Assembly (NCBI GenBank): GCA_004524445.1
Contig: SDNP01000003.1
Coordinates: 32,001-96,000, forward strand
Direction of reading: 5' to 3'
Origin: Candidatus Thorarchaeota archaeon
GTDB lineage: Archaea; Asgardarchaeota; Thorarchaeia; Thorarchaeales; Thorarchaeaceae
Length of the DNA stretch: 64,000 nucleotides
The notes beneath the pieces are model-generated. The model was not told where the DNA came from, did not search any database, and saw only the letters and a program-made list of their open reading frames with translations. This document shows, one piece after another, positions 9,265-18,707 of this stretch. Each line of letters starts with the position of its first letter. Within the stretch, counting starts at the first letter, position 1. Made by a program: the position numbers and the translations under genes.

Positions 9265-9633
9265 CTACTTCCTGAACATTAAGAGGATTCCAGCCAGAAG
9301 GATCATGAATCCAGCAAGAGTGCCCAGATTAGTTAGCCAAGATATGATGTTTATGTCAAGGCCCCGTACGACAATAACAATCGAAATGAACCCAATTAAT
9401 GCAAGCACTACCCCTGATTTCTCAAACTTGTAATTTATGAAACCACAAGCGTCGAATGCCAATACAACCATTATGATGAGGGCAATTCCCAAAATGACAT
9501 CGATTAGAGCATCTATGTCTCCTGCTGCCGCATTATTCAGACCGCCAAGAACCATTTGCACTGCAAAAATTAGTAACACTACTCCGCCCAACACTGTATA
9601 TCCTTGAGCGGCTCCTACTGCCTTAAGACCCAT
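9265..9633 (-). CDS. Small ~4-TM membrane protein
   Basis: Hydrophobic, C-terminal LGTLAGFMILLAGILL; GAGGATGA upstream. Confidence 0.75.
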   Translation of the reverse strand: MGLKAVGAAQGYTVLGGVVLLIFAVQMVLGGLNNAAAGDIDALIDVILGIALIIMVVLAFDACGFINYKFEKSGVVLALIGFISIVIVVRGLDINIISWLTNLGTLAGFMILLAGILLMFRK

Positions 9634-9842
9634 TTTTTCTCATCCTCTCTTTCCACCCTCGTCACATGGTGAGAGAAGGGGGGACACTGAAAACAATGAT
9701 GAATGATTGAGATAAAAACCCTACTGTGGGCATCTGTTCCGTTATGCATTATATTTGGGATCAAAAGCTAAAACTACACAGGTAATACATAGGATTGTAT
9801 TTCGACAATATGACCACTACGTAGTAGAAATTCCATTCCGGG

Positions 9843-10721
9843 GTGGTCAAGACGCGATATTCCAGTTATGATGATGAACGAAACCATGAGAGACCTGTTA
9901 GACTGGATAGAACTGAAGGAACCGTTGTGATTGAGGGGAGACCCTACCCAGCAAAGGAAGTGGTTGAGGCTCTAGCACAATCAGGATACTCTGATATCCG
10001 ACATGCTGGAGATGAATTAATTCTTGGTCGGAAGAGAATTTCCCCTATCTTCAAGTCACGCCAAGAAAGAGCTATGGCTTCTCTATGTCATGGCAGTCTG
10101 GCATATTGCTGTCCTCTATCAAAGCGATGCATGGAGAGAGACCGCGCTCTAGAAGTATTAGGTTTGACAAAAAGGGATTATGAGGAGTTGAAGGGTAGCT
10201 CACACTATCAATTCCTTGACTCATCTAGGAGTGACAATCTACACGATGGATTATGGAAGAGAACTAGTGATGGGAGAACTGCAAATAGCCCCGCAACGGA
10301 TAGAGGATATGGTTCGGAAGATTATAGGAGGGATTTCGATAAGCTTGATCAAGTTTTTCGCCCAGATGACAGTCACGCAAGTGATTCCTGGAGGAAGGAA
10401 TCGAGACCATCAAGACACAATGAACGTAGTAGGTCGAGTACCGAAGAAAGGTCTGTCAGGTCGGTTTCCAGAATGCATGGAAATGATAGCTTGATGGATG
10501 AGATGAGAGACTCCACTCGAAACATTGATTCGGGAACATCCTGCTCGATAAACAGTGAGCCAAGTGTGGAGGGGCTTGGCGCGCTATTTTCACAAGGAGA
10601 ACTCAGCCCATTCAAAGACAATGCACCAGAAACAACTGAGGAACGTGCCTTTTGCTTTTCCTGTGGAAGGACATTTGAAAAAGGGACAAAGCTATGCCCC
10701 TATTGCGGAACCCGCCAGTGA
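9843..10721 (+). CDS. Hypothetical protein: Cys-rich motif, disordered linker, C-terminal zinc ribbon
   Basis: CHGSLAYCCPLSKRC motif; S/R/D-rich middle; CFSC...CPYC at the C-terminus. Confidence 0.75.
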   Translation: MVKTRYSSYDDERNHERPVRLDRTEGTVVIEGRPYPAKEVVEALAQSGYSDIRHAGDELILGRKRISPIFKSRQERAMASLCHGSLAYCCPLSKRCMERDRALEVLGLTKRDYEELKGSSHYQFLDSSRSDNLHDGLWKRTSDGRTANSPATDRGYGSEDYRRDFDKLDQVFRPDDSHASDSWRKESRPSRHNERSRSSTEERSVRSVSRMHGNDSLMDEMRDSTRNIDSGTSCSINSEPSVEGLGALFSQGELSPFKDNAPETTEERAFCFSCGRTFEKGTKLCPYCGTRQ

Positions 10722-10737
10722 CTTGCGGTATCCTCTT

Positions 10738-11820
10738 CTAGCCACCAATGGCTTCTTCTCGCCGGTCCGAATAATCATCTGGATAGGCAAATGTGCCAGA
10801 TATTCGGTCTATAGCCGCATCCTTGGCCAAATCCTTGAGCTCTCTGACTTCCTCTATTGAATCAATGCCCCAGCGAAATAGTGTTACATCTCCTCCGCGC
10901 CTCTTGAATTCATTTGAGAAATAAAGTGATTCCACTAATTCATCGTATTCTGAACTTTCTTGAGCAGGAAGAATGGGAGACCATGGGTATAGATTGACTA
11001 ACATGCTACCTGTGATGTCAAGTATTCTCCTCCAGTCATAGCCGTACTCATTCTGGGCGTCTTCTGTAAGCCCAGTCATCGGATCCAATAGCATCTCGAT
11101 GCTCAGTTTCAAGGGTTTTGTTCTCTCTGTGCTATCACTAATATCACGAGCCGCTGCCTGCAATTGTTCAATACCTTGATGGACTATCCCGCTTCGCCAT
11201 TCGTGCCATTTTTCGTGATATTCAGGGTTCTCTGTGAGATATTGATGAGTGAGTCTATCAGGTTCCTGATTTACTAGAGGGGCAAAATCATTCCTGCACT
11301 TTTCACAGAAACAAAATCGATCTCGAATGAAGCCCGCACCAAAAACAAAGATTTCATCAACTGGATAATGTCCAATTTCCGCTACGATTTCGGACGCATA
11401 CTGCCAAAATTCTGGAGAATTGGGACATATTTGATGGTCCATCGCTTTACCTTTATCATTCTTACTTTGATAATTGGGATCTTTTGCGAACAGCCTATCC
11501 GTATACAAATCCATTCCAACTGCTGTATTTATCTCCAATGCGTTGGCAATCTCAACCCATTCCTCAAAGAAGCCCACGTTTTCTTCGTGAACGGGAGCCG
11601 TCTTGCTTTGATAATTGGCGTGACCATCGGAGCCCTTTCCATATATCCCTACGCTCTCCATGTATGATGCATAGGTGGACAAAAATTCCTTTGCAGACGT
11701 TTCAATGTCTTCAGGTTTAAGAAGAATTACCATCTTCTGCATAAACAGTTCGCGGTAGTTGACCTTCATCATTGGGAGCCCCACTGTGGAACATAATACT
11801 AGCTCAGAGCTGGGTTGCAT
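10738..11820 (-). CDS. Glycoside-hydrolase-like TIM-barrel protein (GHL10/DUF4015-like), divergent
   Basis: ICPNSPE..VAEI..YPVDEI..CFCEKCR..WHEWR pattern. Confidence 0.55.
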   Translation of the reverse strand: MQPSSELVLCSTVGLPMMKVNYRELFMQKMVILLKPEDIETSAKEFLSTYASYMESVGIYGKGSDGHANYQSKTAPVHEENVGFFEEWVEIANALEINTAVGMDLYTDRLFAKDPNYQSKNDKGKAMDHQICPNSPEFWQYASEIVAEIGHYPVDEIFVFGAGFIRDRFCFCEKCRNDFAPLVNQEPDRLTHQYLTENPEYHEKWHEWRSGIVHQGIEQLQAAARDISDSTERTKPLKLSIEMLLDPMTGLTEDAQNEYGYDWRRILDITGSMLVNLYPWSPILPAQESSEYDELVESLYFSNEFKRRGGDVTLFRWGIDSIEEVRELKDLAKDAAIDRISGTFAYPDDYSDRREEAIGG

Positions 11821-11883
11821 CTAGTCAAGGGCTCGCTAAAAGGATTTCTTCTTCAAACCCCCTCACGAAAAAACCGCTGTTCA

Positions 11884-14800
11884 CTAGAAGAAATCATCCA
11901 ATGTTGTGATTCCTAAGAGGCTATCAAAATCAATTCCCACTGATTCCAGGACCTGCTCGAAGACTGATCTCAATGTATCTATATACTTCTGCTTATCCAA
12001 CCAGTATTCTCCCTGATTTGCGAGCACTACAGGTAGCACCCCGTCCGCATCCTTTGTCTTAATATATTCAATGATAGTCCCACCCTCAACTTCATGCCCA
12101 GCGTCTTCCATCATCATTGCTGCTCTCACATGTTGTGGCAGGGTAGTACCATATTGAGAGATGGGTTTTGTCATCTGGATACGGAACGCAAGTTCTTCAG
12201 GGGAATAGGGTTCAGCTTTCCCCTCAAGTCTATCGATTACGCAGTTCACGATTTCGCGGATTTCATCCTTAGCTACTTCAAATCCTTCAGGGCTGTCCAC
12301 ATGAGCTAAGACTTCGAGCATTTCCCGGAATGCTTCTTGAATGAATTCGGGCGTGTTCCTCTTTTTGCCACTGAGCCCCTTTACCTCAACATAACCAGAA
12401 TCATAGACCCCAATGTAGTTCTTTTTGCGATCTGAGAGAGCAACATACTTGTATGTCTTCTCCACTTCCAGGTCTATCTCCAGTTCTTGTCGTGACCATT
12501 CAATGAGCTGTCGTTGTTGTTCTTCTGTTGGACTATCAAGGAAAACTGAGTCAGTGTCCCCATACAATACTCGCACGCCCATGGACTCGGCCTTCTCTTT
12601 GGTGCGAATAATTGCGTCTCGGCCATAGGCAGTAACGCTCTCGGCAGCGGGCATACAGAACAGCTCGAAGTGTTGGGCCCCTGTCACACCATAGCTATTG
12701 TGAACTACAATTCCGTTGGTCGATACAAACAACCCATTCCCAGTTTCCAAGTCGTAGGTTTGTTCAGAATGGTCACTCTTTTGTATCGAGCGAATCCTTA
12801 CTGCATGTGTGCCATTAAAATCAGTCAATCCTCGGCCCGTTCGCCGATACTTTAGCCCTTTGCTTTCCACAATACGATACATTGATTCTTCGCGATGAAC
12901 AGATGCATGTTTCCCAAGTGCGGCTAACAGGTAAAGAATGTCATAAGCTAGTTCTTTGCTCGATGTCGAATATCGCCTAGCACCGCGAGTATTGATATTC
13001 CCATCGCCCTTGAAGAACGAATCTAGAACAATGCCTGCTCTCTCCTTATCAAGGAGGTGAATTGGGATAGATTTGTTCCGGGACCTGTTACCACAGAGGG
13101 ATTCCATGACTGCTGCAAGTATTTTCGAGTGAATGACATGGTCCTTCTCCGAATATATCGCAAAGGGCAGTTCCATCCGTTGTAAGAGGGTTCCGATCTG
13201 CTTGAAATAAGTAGGATTGACTTCCTGATACTGTGAAATCGACACCCGATTAACGCCCACATGTCCTTCAGAAAGATACCAGCCCATAAATGCGAAGAAA
13301 TCTTCATCAAGCTTAATTCTGATGTTTTCCCATTTGCCGGCCTCACGCCATCTACCACTGCTTTCAATCAGTTTTAGGTAGAAAGGTGGTGCACCTGATT
13401 CGTGTTCTCTAATCATATTCTTGGCTTCTGCGGATAGGTCATTCCATCGTGCGCGATACCACCTGCTAGCCTTTGAATATCTGAATTCTTCGTTAATTAG
13501 TGAAATCAGAGGGTTCTCTGTTCGTTGGGAACGTCGATACGAGAACTTTGTGTAGTCTTTTCTTCTTATTCCGACATGAATGGATTCCTCAGGGATGACG
13601 TCCGGAATGAATAATGTTTCAGGAGGTCTTGGTGAAAGCGGAGTCTGCTCCAGCATGAGGAGATTATCGTCTATCCGGAGATCTTCGGCCGCAACATACC
13701 GGATTGAGAGAGGCTTCTTGGCAATTGCCTTTCGGTTCTTCCGTGTGTTTTTGGGAAGGAGTTTCGGCAAGACATGGTTGACCGTGCATCGGATAGTGCG
13801 TCCGTCTCGGAGGCAGATGTTGAGAATTGATGCGGGTCCATTCTTCCGAAATCCGACAATAGGAACGAATACTGGTTTTCCAAAGGATGAAGATTCCCAT
13901 TCATTATCAATGCTTAGAATCTCAAGATTGCGCCATTCATCTTCTAAGCTGCCAATAGGTTTCTTCGATACAAGACCTTGGGAATCCCGGACCACTACTT
14001 CTTCGTTGAAAGGAAGACAGGCATTAACGAACACCTTAAGCGCTTTCTCGACAACTGAGTACCAGTTTCGTAACCCTTGATTTAGATTTGTGTCCTTGCT
14101 CTTTCCCTTAAACCATTTGACTCGGGTATCTCGAAAGAAGCCGATAGTCTGACTAATCATGCCGACATTCTTCTTGCATGTCCAATGATCTGTTTCAGGC
14201 ACTCGATTGTCCTCTGCCTTCTCACAGGATTCATGGGGACAATCAACTGTTTCATAACTGATATTGTGTGTCTTCATTATTGTGGGATAGAGACTGGCAA
14301 AGTCAAGAACTGTGGCTCCAAAATGCACTCCCGCCACTGGCTCAATAACAATAGCACCTTTGAATGCCTTGTCCTTTATCATGGCCTCAGTGTGAGCATC
14401 ACTCGATTTCAGTTCTCGAATCTCGCGTTGTTTCGGAATCAAGGCATTTCGTGAACGATGCTCCTGCCGAAAGAGCGATTGAATCCATGTTGATATTCCA
14501 AAGCGAGTCACATCTTCCATTGATAAGCGGGAAATTCGCATTAGAAGAACGATGAGCCGTAGCAGTAGATTTTCATTGTATTGAGTGACTCTCAGCGTTA
14601 TATTGGAGTCTAGCCAGCAGTAGTGAGCTAGTTCATAATATCCAAGTCTAGAAATCTCGTCGCTTAGCTCAAGTTTGCCTACATTAAGAAGACCTTGCCC
14701 GATGGATTCGAGATTGTTTCGCTCATATGCTCCTGAAAGCGCATACAATCGAACTGAGGGGTTCTTGAGGAACCTGTAGAGGTCAATGTGGATACCACCG

Positions 14801-16023
14801 TCAAGCAGTGCGATGTCCCTGCCTAATCGTATTGGACAATATTTGTCAACATCGATGCCCAGACGTTCTGCACGATTATAAAGATAGGTCAGATCGAAAG
14901 CATCTCCGACGAACGTCAAGACAATCGGATATTTGTCCAGCATTCTGAATGTTTGCATGAGCATTTCTCGTTCGTCTTCGTAAAAGACAACATTCAGTTC
15001 TTCAGGAAACTCTTCATGCTTTTCGCCTTCTTCCAAGTCAGCCCTCTTTAAAACAAAGCACTTGTTCATTCCTTGATTATCGGAGAGTCCTACCGCTGTG
15101 ACTGCCTGCGGAGCCCGATTGGCATCGGGAATTCTATTGCTCTTCTCTGAATAAACTTCTATGTCAACTGCAATTCGTTTGATATCAGGTACTTCCGTGA
15201 AGAACATAGGTGCGTAATTGTCTATCACACCTCCAAAGTATTCAACATCACCAATTGTTTTCTTGAACTCGTCTAAAGTTTCTTGGTCCAGTTGGGGAGG
15301 GCAGGGAACAAGATCTCCATTTACAATCTTGTATCGCATCCCGCATACGAGTTCGCGGTCATAACAGAAGTTGTTATGGTAACGGATATTGGCTTCCCAC
15401 GCATGACTTATGGTTTCACCCGTTGGCCCAGATCTCGTTGTTAAAAGCTCACGAATTGCGCCAGCAGTCCCGCCAATACTCAATGGATCAGTGGCATAAA
15501 TTTTAGTCATCTCGCGTGTTTCATCTCGTAGAAGGTCCTGTACTGTTTCAGATTCTAATGAGACAAAGCCACGATGATGCCGGACCTTCTTTTCAGCAGT
15601 TTGTGGAGGAAGGTCAGTAAGGCAATAAGGTAGATGGCCTGTATTATCATGCCAGAAGTAGATTCTCTCAGTTTCTGGATTGTACAGCCGCGCTATAGCT
15701 TTCTTCTGAGAGCCATCATAGTCCACAGATAATAGGTAGGAGGGGTCCAGATTTTCTGGTTCTTCTCTTAGTCCAGCAATATAATCATTAGCAATGCTTT
15801 CGTCATCTTCGAAAGTCATGCTTTCCGGGTTAATTATTATTGCAGAATTCTCACGGGAAGGGTCTTCTTTTTCCGTTGTTCTCTGTTTTACTGGCTCAGC
15901 TTCCTCAGAGGGCGATTTCGAGCCTGTTTTCCCGTCCTCTTTTGCCTCAGTTTCAATTAACATGAAGTCCTCTAAAGAAGACTGATTGCTTTCGTCATCA
16001 TGTTCGCGATTCAACCGGGGCAC
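11884..16023 (-). CDS. polB1: Family B DNA polymerase, PolB1 type, containing one intein
   Basis: LLSVDYDG..DNTGH.PY (PolB1 N-terminus), ExoI AVDIEV, DFASLYPT, KVFVNA|SYG, YGDTDS, KKNY. Confidence 0.95.
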   Translation of the reverse strand: MPRLNREHDDESNQSSLEDFMLIETEAKEDGKTGSKSPSEEAEPVKQRTTEKEDPSRENSAIIINPESMTFEDDESIANDYIAGLREEPENLDPSYLLSVDYDGSQKKAIARLYNPETERIYFWHDNTGHLPYCLTDLPPQTAEKKVRHHRGFVSLESETVQDLLRDETREMTKIYATDPLSIGGTAGAIRELLTTRSGPTGETISHAWEANIRYHNNFCYDRELVCGMRYKIVNGDLVPCPPQLDQETLDEFKKTIGDVEYFGGVIDNYAPMFFTEVPDIKRIAVDIEVYSEKSNRIPDANRAPQAVTAVGLSDNQGMNKCFVLKRADLEEGEKHEEFPEELNVVFYEDEREMLMQTFRMLDKYPIVLTFVGDAFDLTYLYNRAERLGIDVDKYCPIRLGRDIALLDGGIHIDLYRFLKNPSVRLYALSGAYERNNLESIGQGLLNVGKLELSDEISRLGYYELAHYCWLDSNITLRVTQYNENLLLRLIVLLMRISRLSMEDVTRFGISTWIQSLFRQEHRSRNALIPKQREIRELKSSDAHTEAMIKDKAFKGAIVIEPVAGVHFGATVLDFASLYPTIMKTHNISYETVDCPHESCEKAEDNRVPETDHWTCKKNVGMISQTIGFFRDTRVKWFKGKSKDTNLNQGLRNWYSVVEKALKVFVNACLPFNEEVVVRDSQGLVSKKPIGSLEDEWRNLEILSIDNEWESSSFGKPVFVPIVGFRKNGPASILNICLRDGRTIRCTVNHVLPKLLPKNTRKNRKAIAKKPLSIRYVAAEDLRIDDNLLMLEQTPLSPRPPETLFIPDVIPEESIHVGIRRKDYTKFSYRRSQRTENPLISLINEEFRYSKASRWYRARWNDLSAEAKNMIREHESGAPPFYLKLIESSGRWREAGKWENIRIKLDEDFFAFMGWYLSEGHVGVNRVSISQYQEVNPTYFKQIGTLLQRMELPFAIYSEKDHVIHSKILAAVMESLCGNRSRNKSIPIHLLDKERAGIVLDSFFKGDGNINTRGARRYSTSSKELAYDILYLLAALGKHASVHREESMYRIVESKGLKYRRTGRGLTDFNGTHAVRIRSIQKSDHSEQTYDLETGNGLFVSTNGIVVHNSYGVTGAQHFELFCMPAAESVTAYGRDAIIRTKEKAESMGVRVLYGDTDSVFLDSPTEEQQRQLIEWSRQELEIDLEVEKTYKYVALSDRKKNYIGVYDSGYVEVKGLSGKKRNTPEFIQEAFREMLEVLAHVDSPEGFEVAKDEIREIVNCVIDRLEGKAEPYSPEELAFRIQMTKPISQYGTTLPQHVRAAMMMEDAGHEVEGGTIIEYIKTKDADGVLPVVLANQGEYWLDKQKYIDTLRSVFEQVLESVGIDFDSLLGITTLDDFF
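12697..14019 (-). mobile_element. Intein (441 aa) with LAGLIDADG homing endonuclease in PolB1 motif B
   Basis: Begins CLPFNEEV, block B CTVNH, LAGLIDADG-like FMGWYLSEG and LDSFFKGDG, ends TYDLET..VVHN followed by Ser+1. Removal restores KVFVNASYG. Confidence 0.95.
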
Positions 16024-16122
16024 TCATTTATTCATGCATGGTAGAGTATTGATAAGCACTTCCTATTGGCATGAGAAACTCGCAACGCGTATCTTCATTA
16101 AGCAGGTTTTCATTTCTCAGGT

Positions 16123-16563
16123 ATGCCAACTATCAAGAAAACCCAGACAGACCGAGTAATAGTTGCTAGACTCTTTCCTGGTGACGATATTCTCGAGTCG
16201 CTTGAGCAGATTGCTGCGGATTATGATATTCAGGCAGGCATTCTCAATCTAATTGGAGCCATTGAAGGAGCACATCTCGGTTACTTCAATGTCAAAAAGA
16301 AAGAATACATGGACTTTGAGGTAGATGAGGATCTCGAGGTTGTTTCCTGTATGGGTAACATATCTCGTAATGAAGAAAACGCACCTATTGTTCATGCGCA
16401 TATGGTTGTAGCGGATGAATCGGGAAGGTGCTATGGTGGTCACTTGATGAAGGGTTGCACAGTTTCAGTGACAATTGAGATTTTTATCAACGTTCTGGTG
16501 GGAACACTCACACGCACTGAGGACGAATCTACGGGCTTACATCTACTCAATCTCGAACATTGA
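16123..16563 (+). CDS. PPC/DUF296 domain protein
   Basis: ARLFPGDD, EVVSCMGNI, HAHMVV, GGHL. Confidence 0.9.
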   Translation: MPTIKKTQTDRVIVARLFPGDDILESLEQIAADYDIQAGILNLIGAIEGAHLGYFNVKKKEYMDFEVDEDLEVVSCMGNISRNEENAPIVHAHMVVADESGRCYGGHLMKGCTVSVTIEIFINVLVGTLTRTEDESTGLHLLNLEH

Positions 16564-16984
16564 CATTGCTAAGCTTTTTACCAGTTTCCTCTAGCTGTTC
16601 CCTAGAGGCCATCTCGTCCCGATATCCTTCTGGAAATCGGAAACCAAACTCATCTCCTGCCTTGCGTGGAATGACATGGATGTGCAAATGAGGGATTTCT
16701 TGCCCAGCTTCACTGCCATTTGCGATTGCATTGATTATTCCCGTGGGAGCATACACGCCATGGACTCGCTTTGTAAGCTCACGCAGACGTACTGCCAAGT
16801 GAGAAGCGACCTCTGGATTTACATCTAACATGTTTTCAAAATGATCCTTAGGGATAAGTAGACAATGTCCCTCGTTCACTGGAAAGACATCCATGAATGC
16901 CATACAAACCTCATCTTCAAAAATAACGGAGGCAGGAATTTCGCCACTCACAATCTTGCAAAAGGTGCAATCTTGTTTTTTCAT
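16547..16984 (-). CDS. HIT family hydrolase
   Basis: DCTFCKIVSGEIP, GQEIPHLHIHVIPR. Likely start MKKQ at 16984. Confidence 0.92.
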   Translation of the reverse strand: MKKQDCTFCKIVSGEIPASVIFEDEVCMAFMDVFPVNEGHCLLIPKDHFENMLDVNPEVASHLAVRLRELTKRVHGVYAPTGIINAIANGSEAGQEIPHLHIHVIPRKAGDEFGFRFPEGYRDEMASREQLEETGKKLSNVNVRD

Positions 16985-17093
16985 ATTTTTCTGATTGACT
17001 TTATGCTTTGATAAATTGTTCGAGGGCATCAGGCAATGCCAAAGCGAAAGAGAATAGTAACCTCTCGTCAGCATGTCTCGGATGTTTCTCGCA

Positions 17094-18518
17094 TCAAATA
17101 TCGGGTTTCTCATATCCAATCATTTCTTCCTCAAGATGCAAAGCGATTTTCAAAGCTAAACCCTCTTCAGCGTGCTTGGTGATAACTTGAATACCAATTG
17201 GCAAGCCGTCTGACGATGTGCCACCTCTAAACGTGACGGAAGGAAGACCAACCAGACTGTAGGGATGCGTGTAGCTCAGTAGGTCAAGTGGATTGAATGA
17301 TGAATCACGAGATTCGCCATGTTTGAATGCTGGAGTGGCGGACACGGGACAAATGATAGCATCATATTCATCCATGAAACGAAGGACTTGACTCCTGTAT
17401 GTATCCCACTTTATACTCCAAAAGAAGAACTCGACACCCAACATAGCTTCGTTACCCTTCGATTGTTGAGATTCTTCAAGCCAATCATCAGCCAAGTCAT
17501 ATATCTCATCAGGATAGAGCTCAACCGGCTCCGACCATTCTTGTACTTTCGGTTCAGTGCCATCTTTTATGCCTGAAGAGAATCGATTCAGCCCTCGTTC
17601 CACATTCAGAAATGTCTTCGTGACTGGTGGATACTCCTCTTCCACAACCAAATCTGTTGTAACTAGTAAATCTGCAGCCTCAGAAATGACTCGTTTTATC
17701 TCTGAGTTGGGTTCAACAAAGCCATTCTCTGTGTAATAGGCAATGGTCAAGTTGTTGAGTCTTATAGTATCATGGCTATCGTATTTCATTGGTAGACATC
17801 GAGAGTCCCAGTTGTCTGGCCCCATGATGACTGGAAGAACAAGTGATAGATCCCTGATGGATCGAGCCATAGGTCCGATTCGCGTTGTGTCGAGAAAACC
17901 TAAGTAAGGAGGAATGGTCCCCATTCGAGAGAGCCGACCGAATGTGGGAGCAAGACCGCAAATGCCGCTGTATGATGAAGGCCATAGTATACTTCCTCCG
18001 GTATCTGAGCCAATTCCAAGGAAGGACCCTCCGGCCGCTATTAGGGCAGCTTCCCCTCCACTACTTGAGCCGACAGTCTTCTCAAGATCATAAGGATTAT
18101 TGGTTCGTCCATAGATTTCGTTATTTGTCTCAAACCCTGAACAGAAGGCAGGACAGTTAGTCTTACCAACGATAATTGCGCCCGCATCCTTTAGTCTCTT
18201 GACAACACTTGCATCGGTAGAGGGAATATATCCGCGTCGCTCAGTGATTCCTCCCGTAGTTATCATGCCCTCTACTTCGATATTATCCTTCACTGTGATT
18301 GGCAGGCCAAATAAGGGGCCACCCTTGGAGGGGGCCTCATCCATCTCTTCAGCTTGAGATACGACTTGTTCCTCATTATAGTGGACAAGGGCATTTATTT
18401 TATCATTGACTTGATTTATTCTCTCAAGCAAACCTGTTACTACTTCTTTCACCGAAGTTCTTTCTTGCCGAATTAGACGCACGATTTCATAGGCGGGCAG
18501 GAACGGTAGGTCATCCAT
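17094..18518 (-). CDS. Amidase signature family enzyme
   Basis: GLPITVKD, GKTN, GSSSGGEAA, GSDTGGSI. Confidence 0.92.
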   Translation of the reverse strand: MDDLPFLPAYEIVRLIRQERTSVKEVVTGLLERINQVNDKINALVHYNEEQVVSQAEEMDEAPSKGGPLFGLPITVKDNIEVEGMITTGGITERRGYIPSTDASVVKRLKDAGAIIVGKTNCPAFCSGFETNNEIYGRTNNPYDLEKTVGSSSGGEAALIAAGGSFLGIGSDTGGSILWPSSYSGICGLAPTFGRLSRMGTIPPYLGFLDTTRIGPMARSIRDLSLVLPVIMGPDNWDSRCLPMKYDSHDTIRLNNLTIAYYTENGFVEPNSEIKRVISEAADLLVTTDLVVEEEYPPVTKTFLNVERGLNRFSSGIKDGTEPKVQEWSEPVELYPDEIYDLADDWLEESQQSKGNEAMLGVEFFFWSIKWDTYRSQVLRFMDEYDAIICPVSATPAFKHGESRDSSFNPLDLLSYTHPYSLVGLPSVTFRGGTSSDGLPIGIQVITKHAEEGLALKIALHLEEEMIGYEKPDI

Positions 18519-18707
18519 TCACGACAGGTCTCCATTGGATACGCTTTTCATTAGCGGGTTAACAACACGATATTTGTGTGAGGGGTGTATTCCGCAGTTA
18601 GGTCTTTTGGAACTTCAAGATTCACAATGGGGCAAAGGGCATCCAAGGAAGCCTCATTAGTTCAAATCTTGAGTGACCTTATAACTCAGCACAGCAAGGT
18701 GAGATTA

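Noticed and set aside
9696-9760. ATGATGA box C-like motif
   Set aside because: No downstream CTGA box D at a suitable distance.
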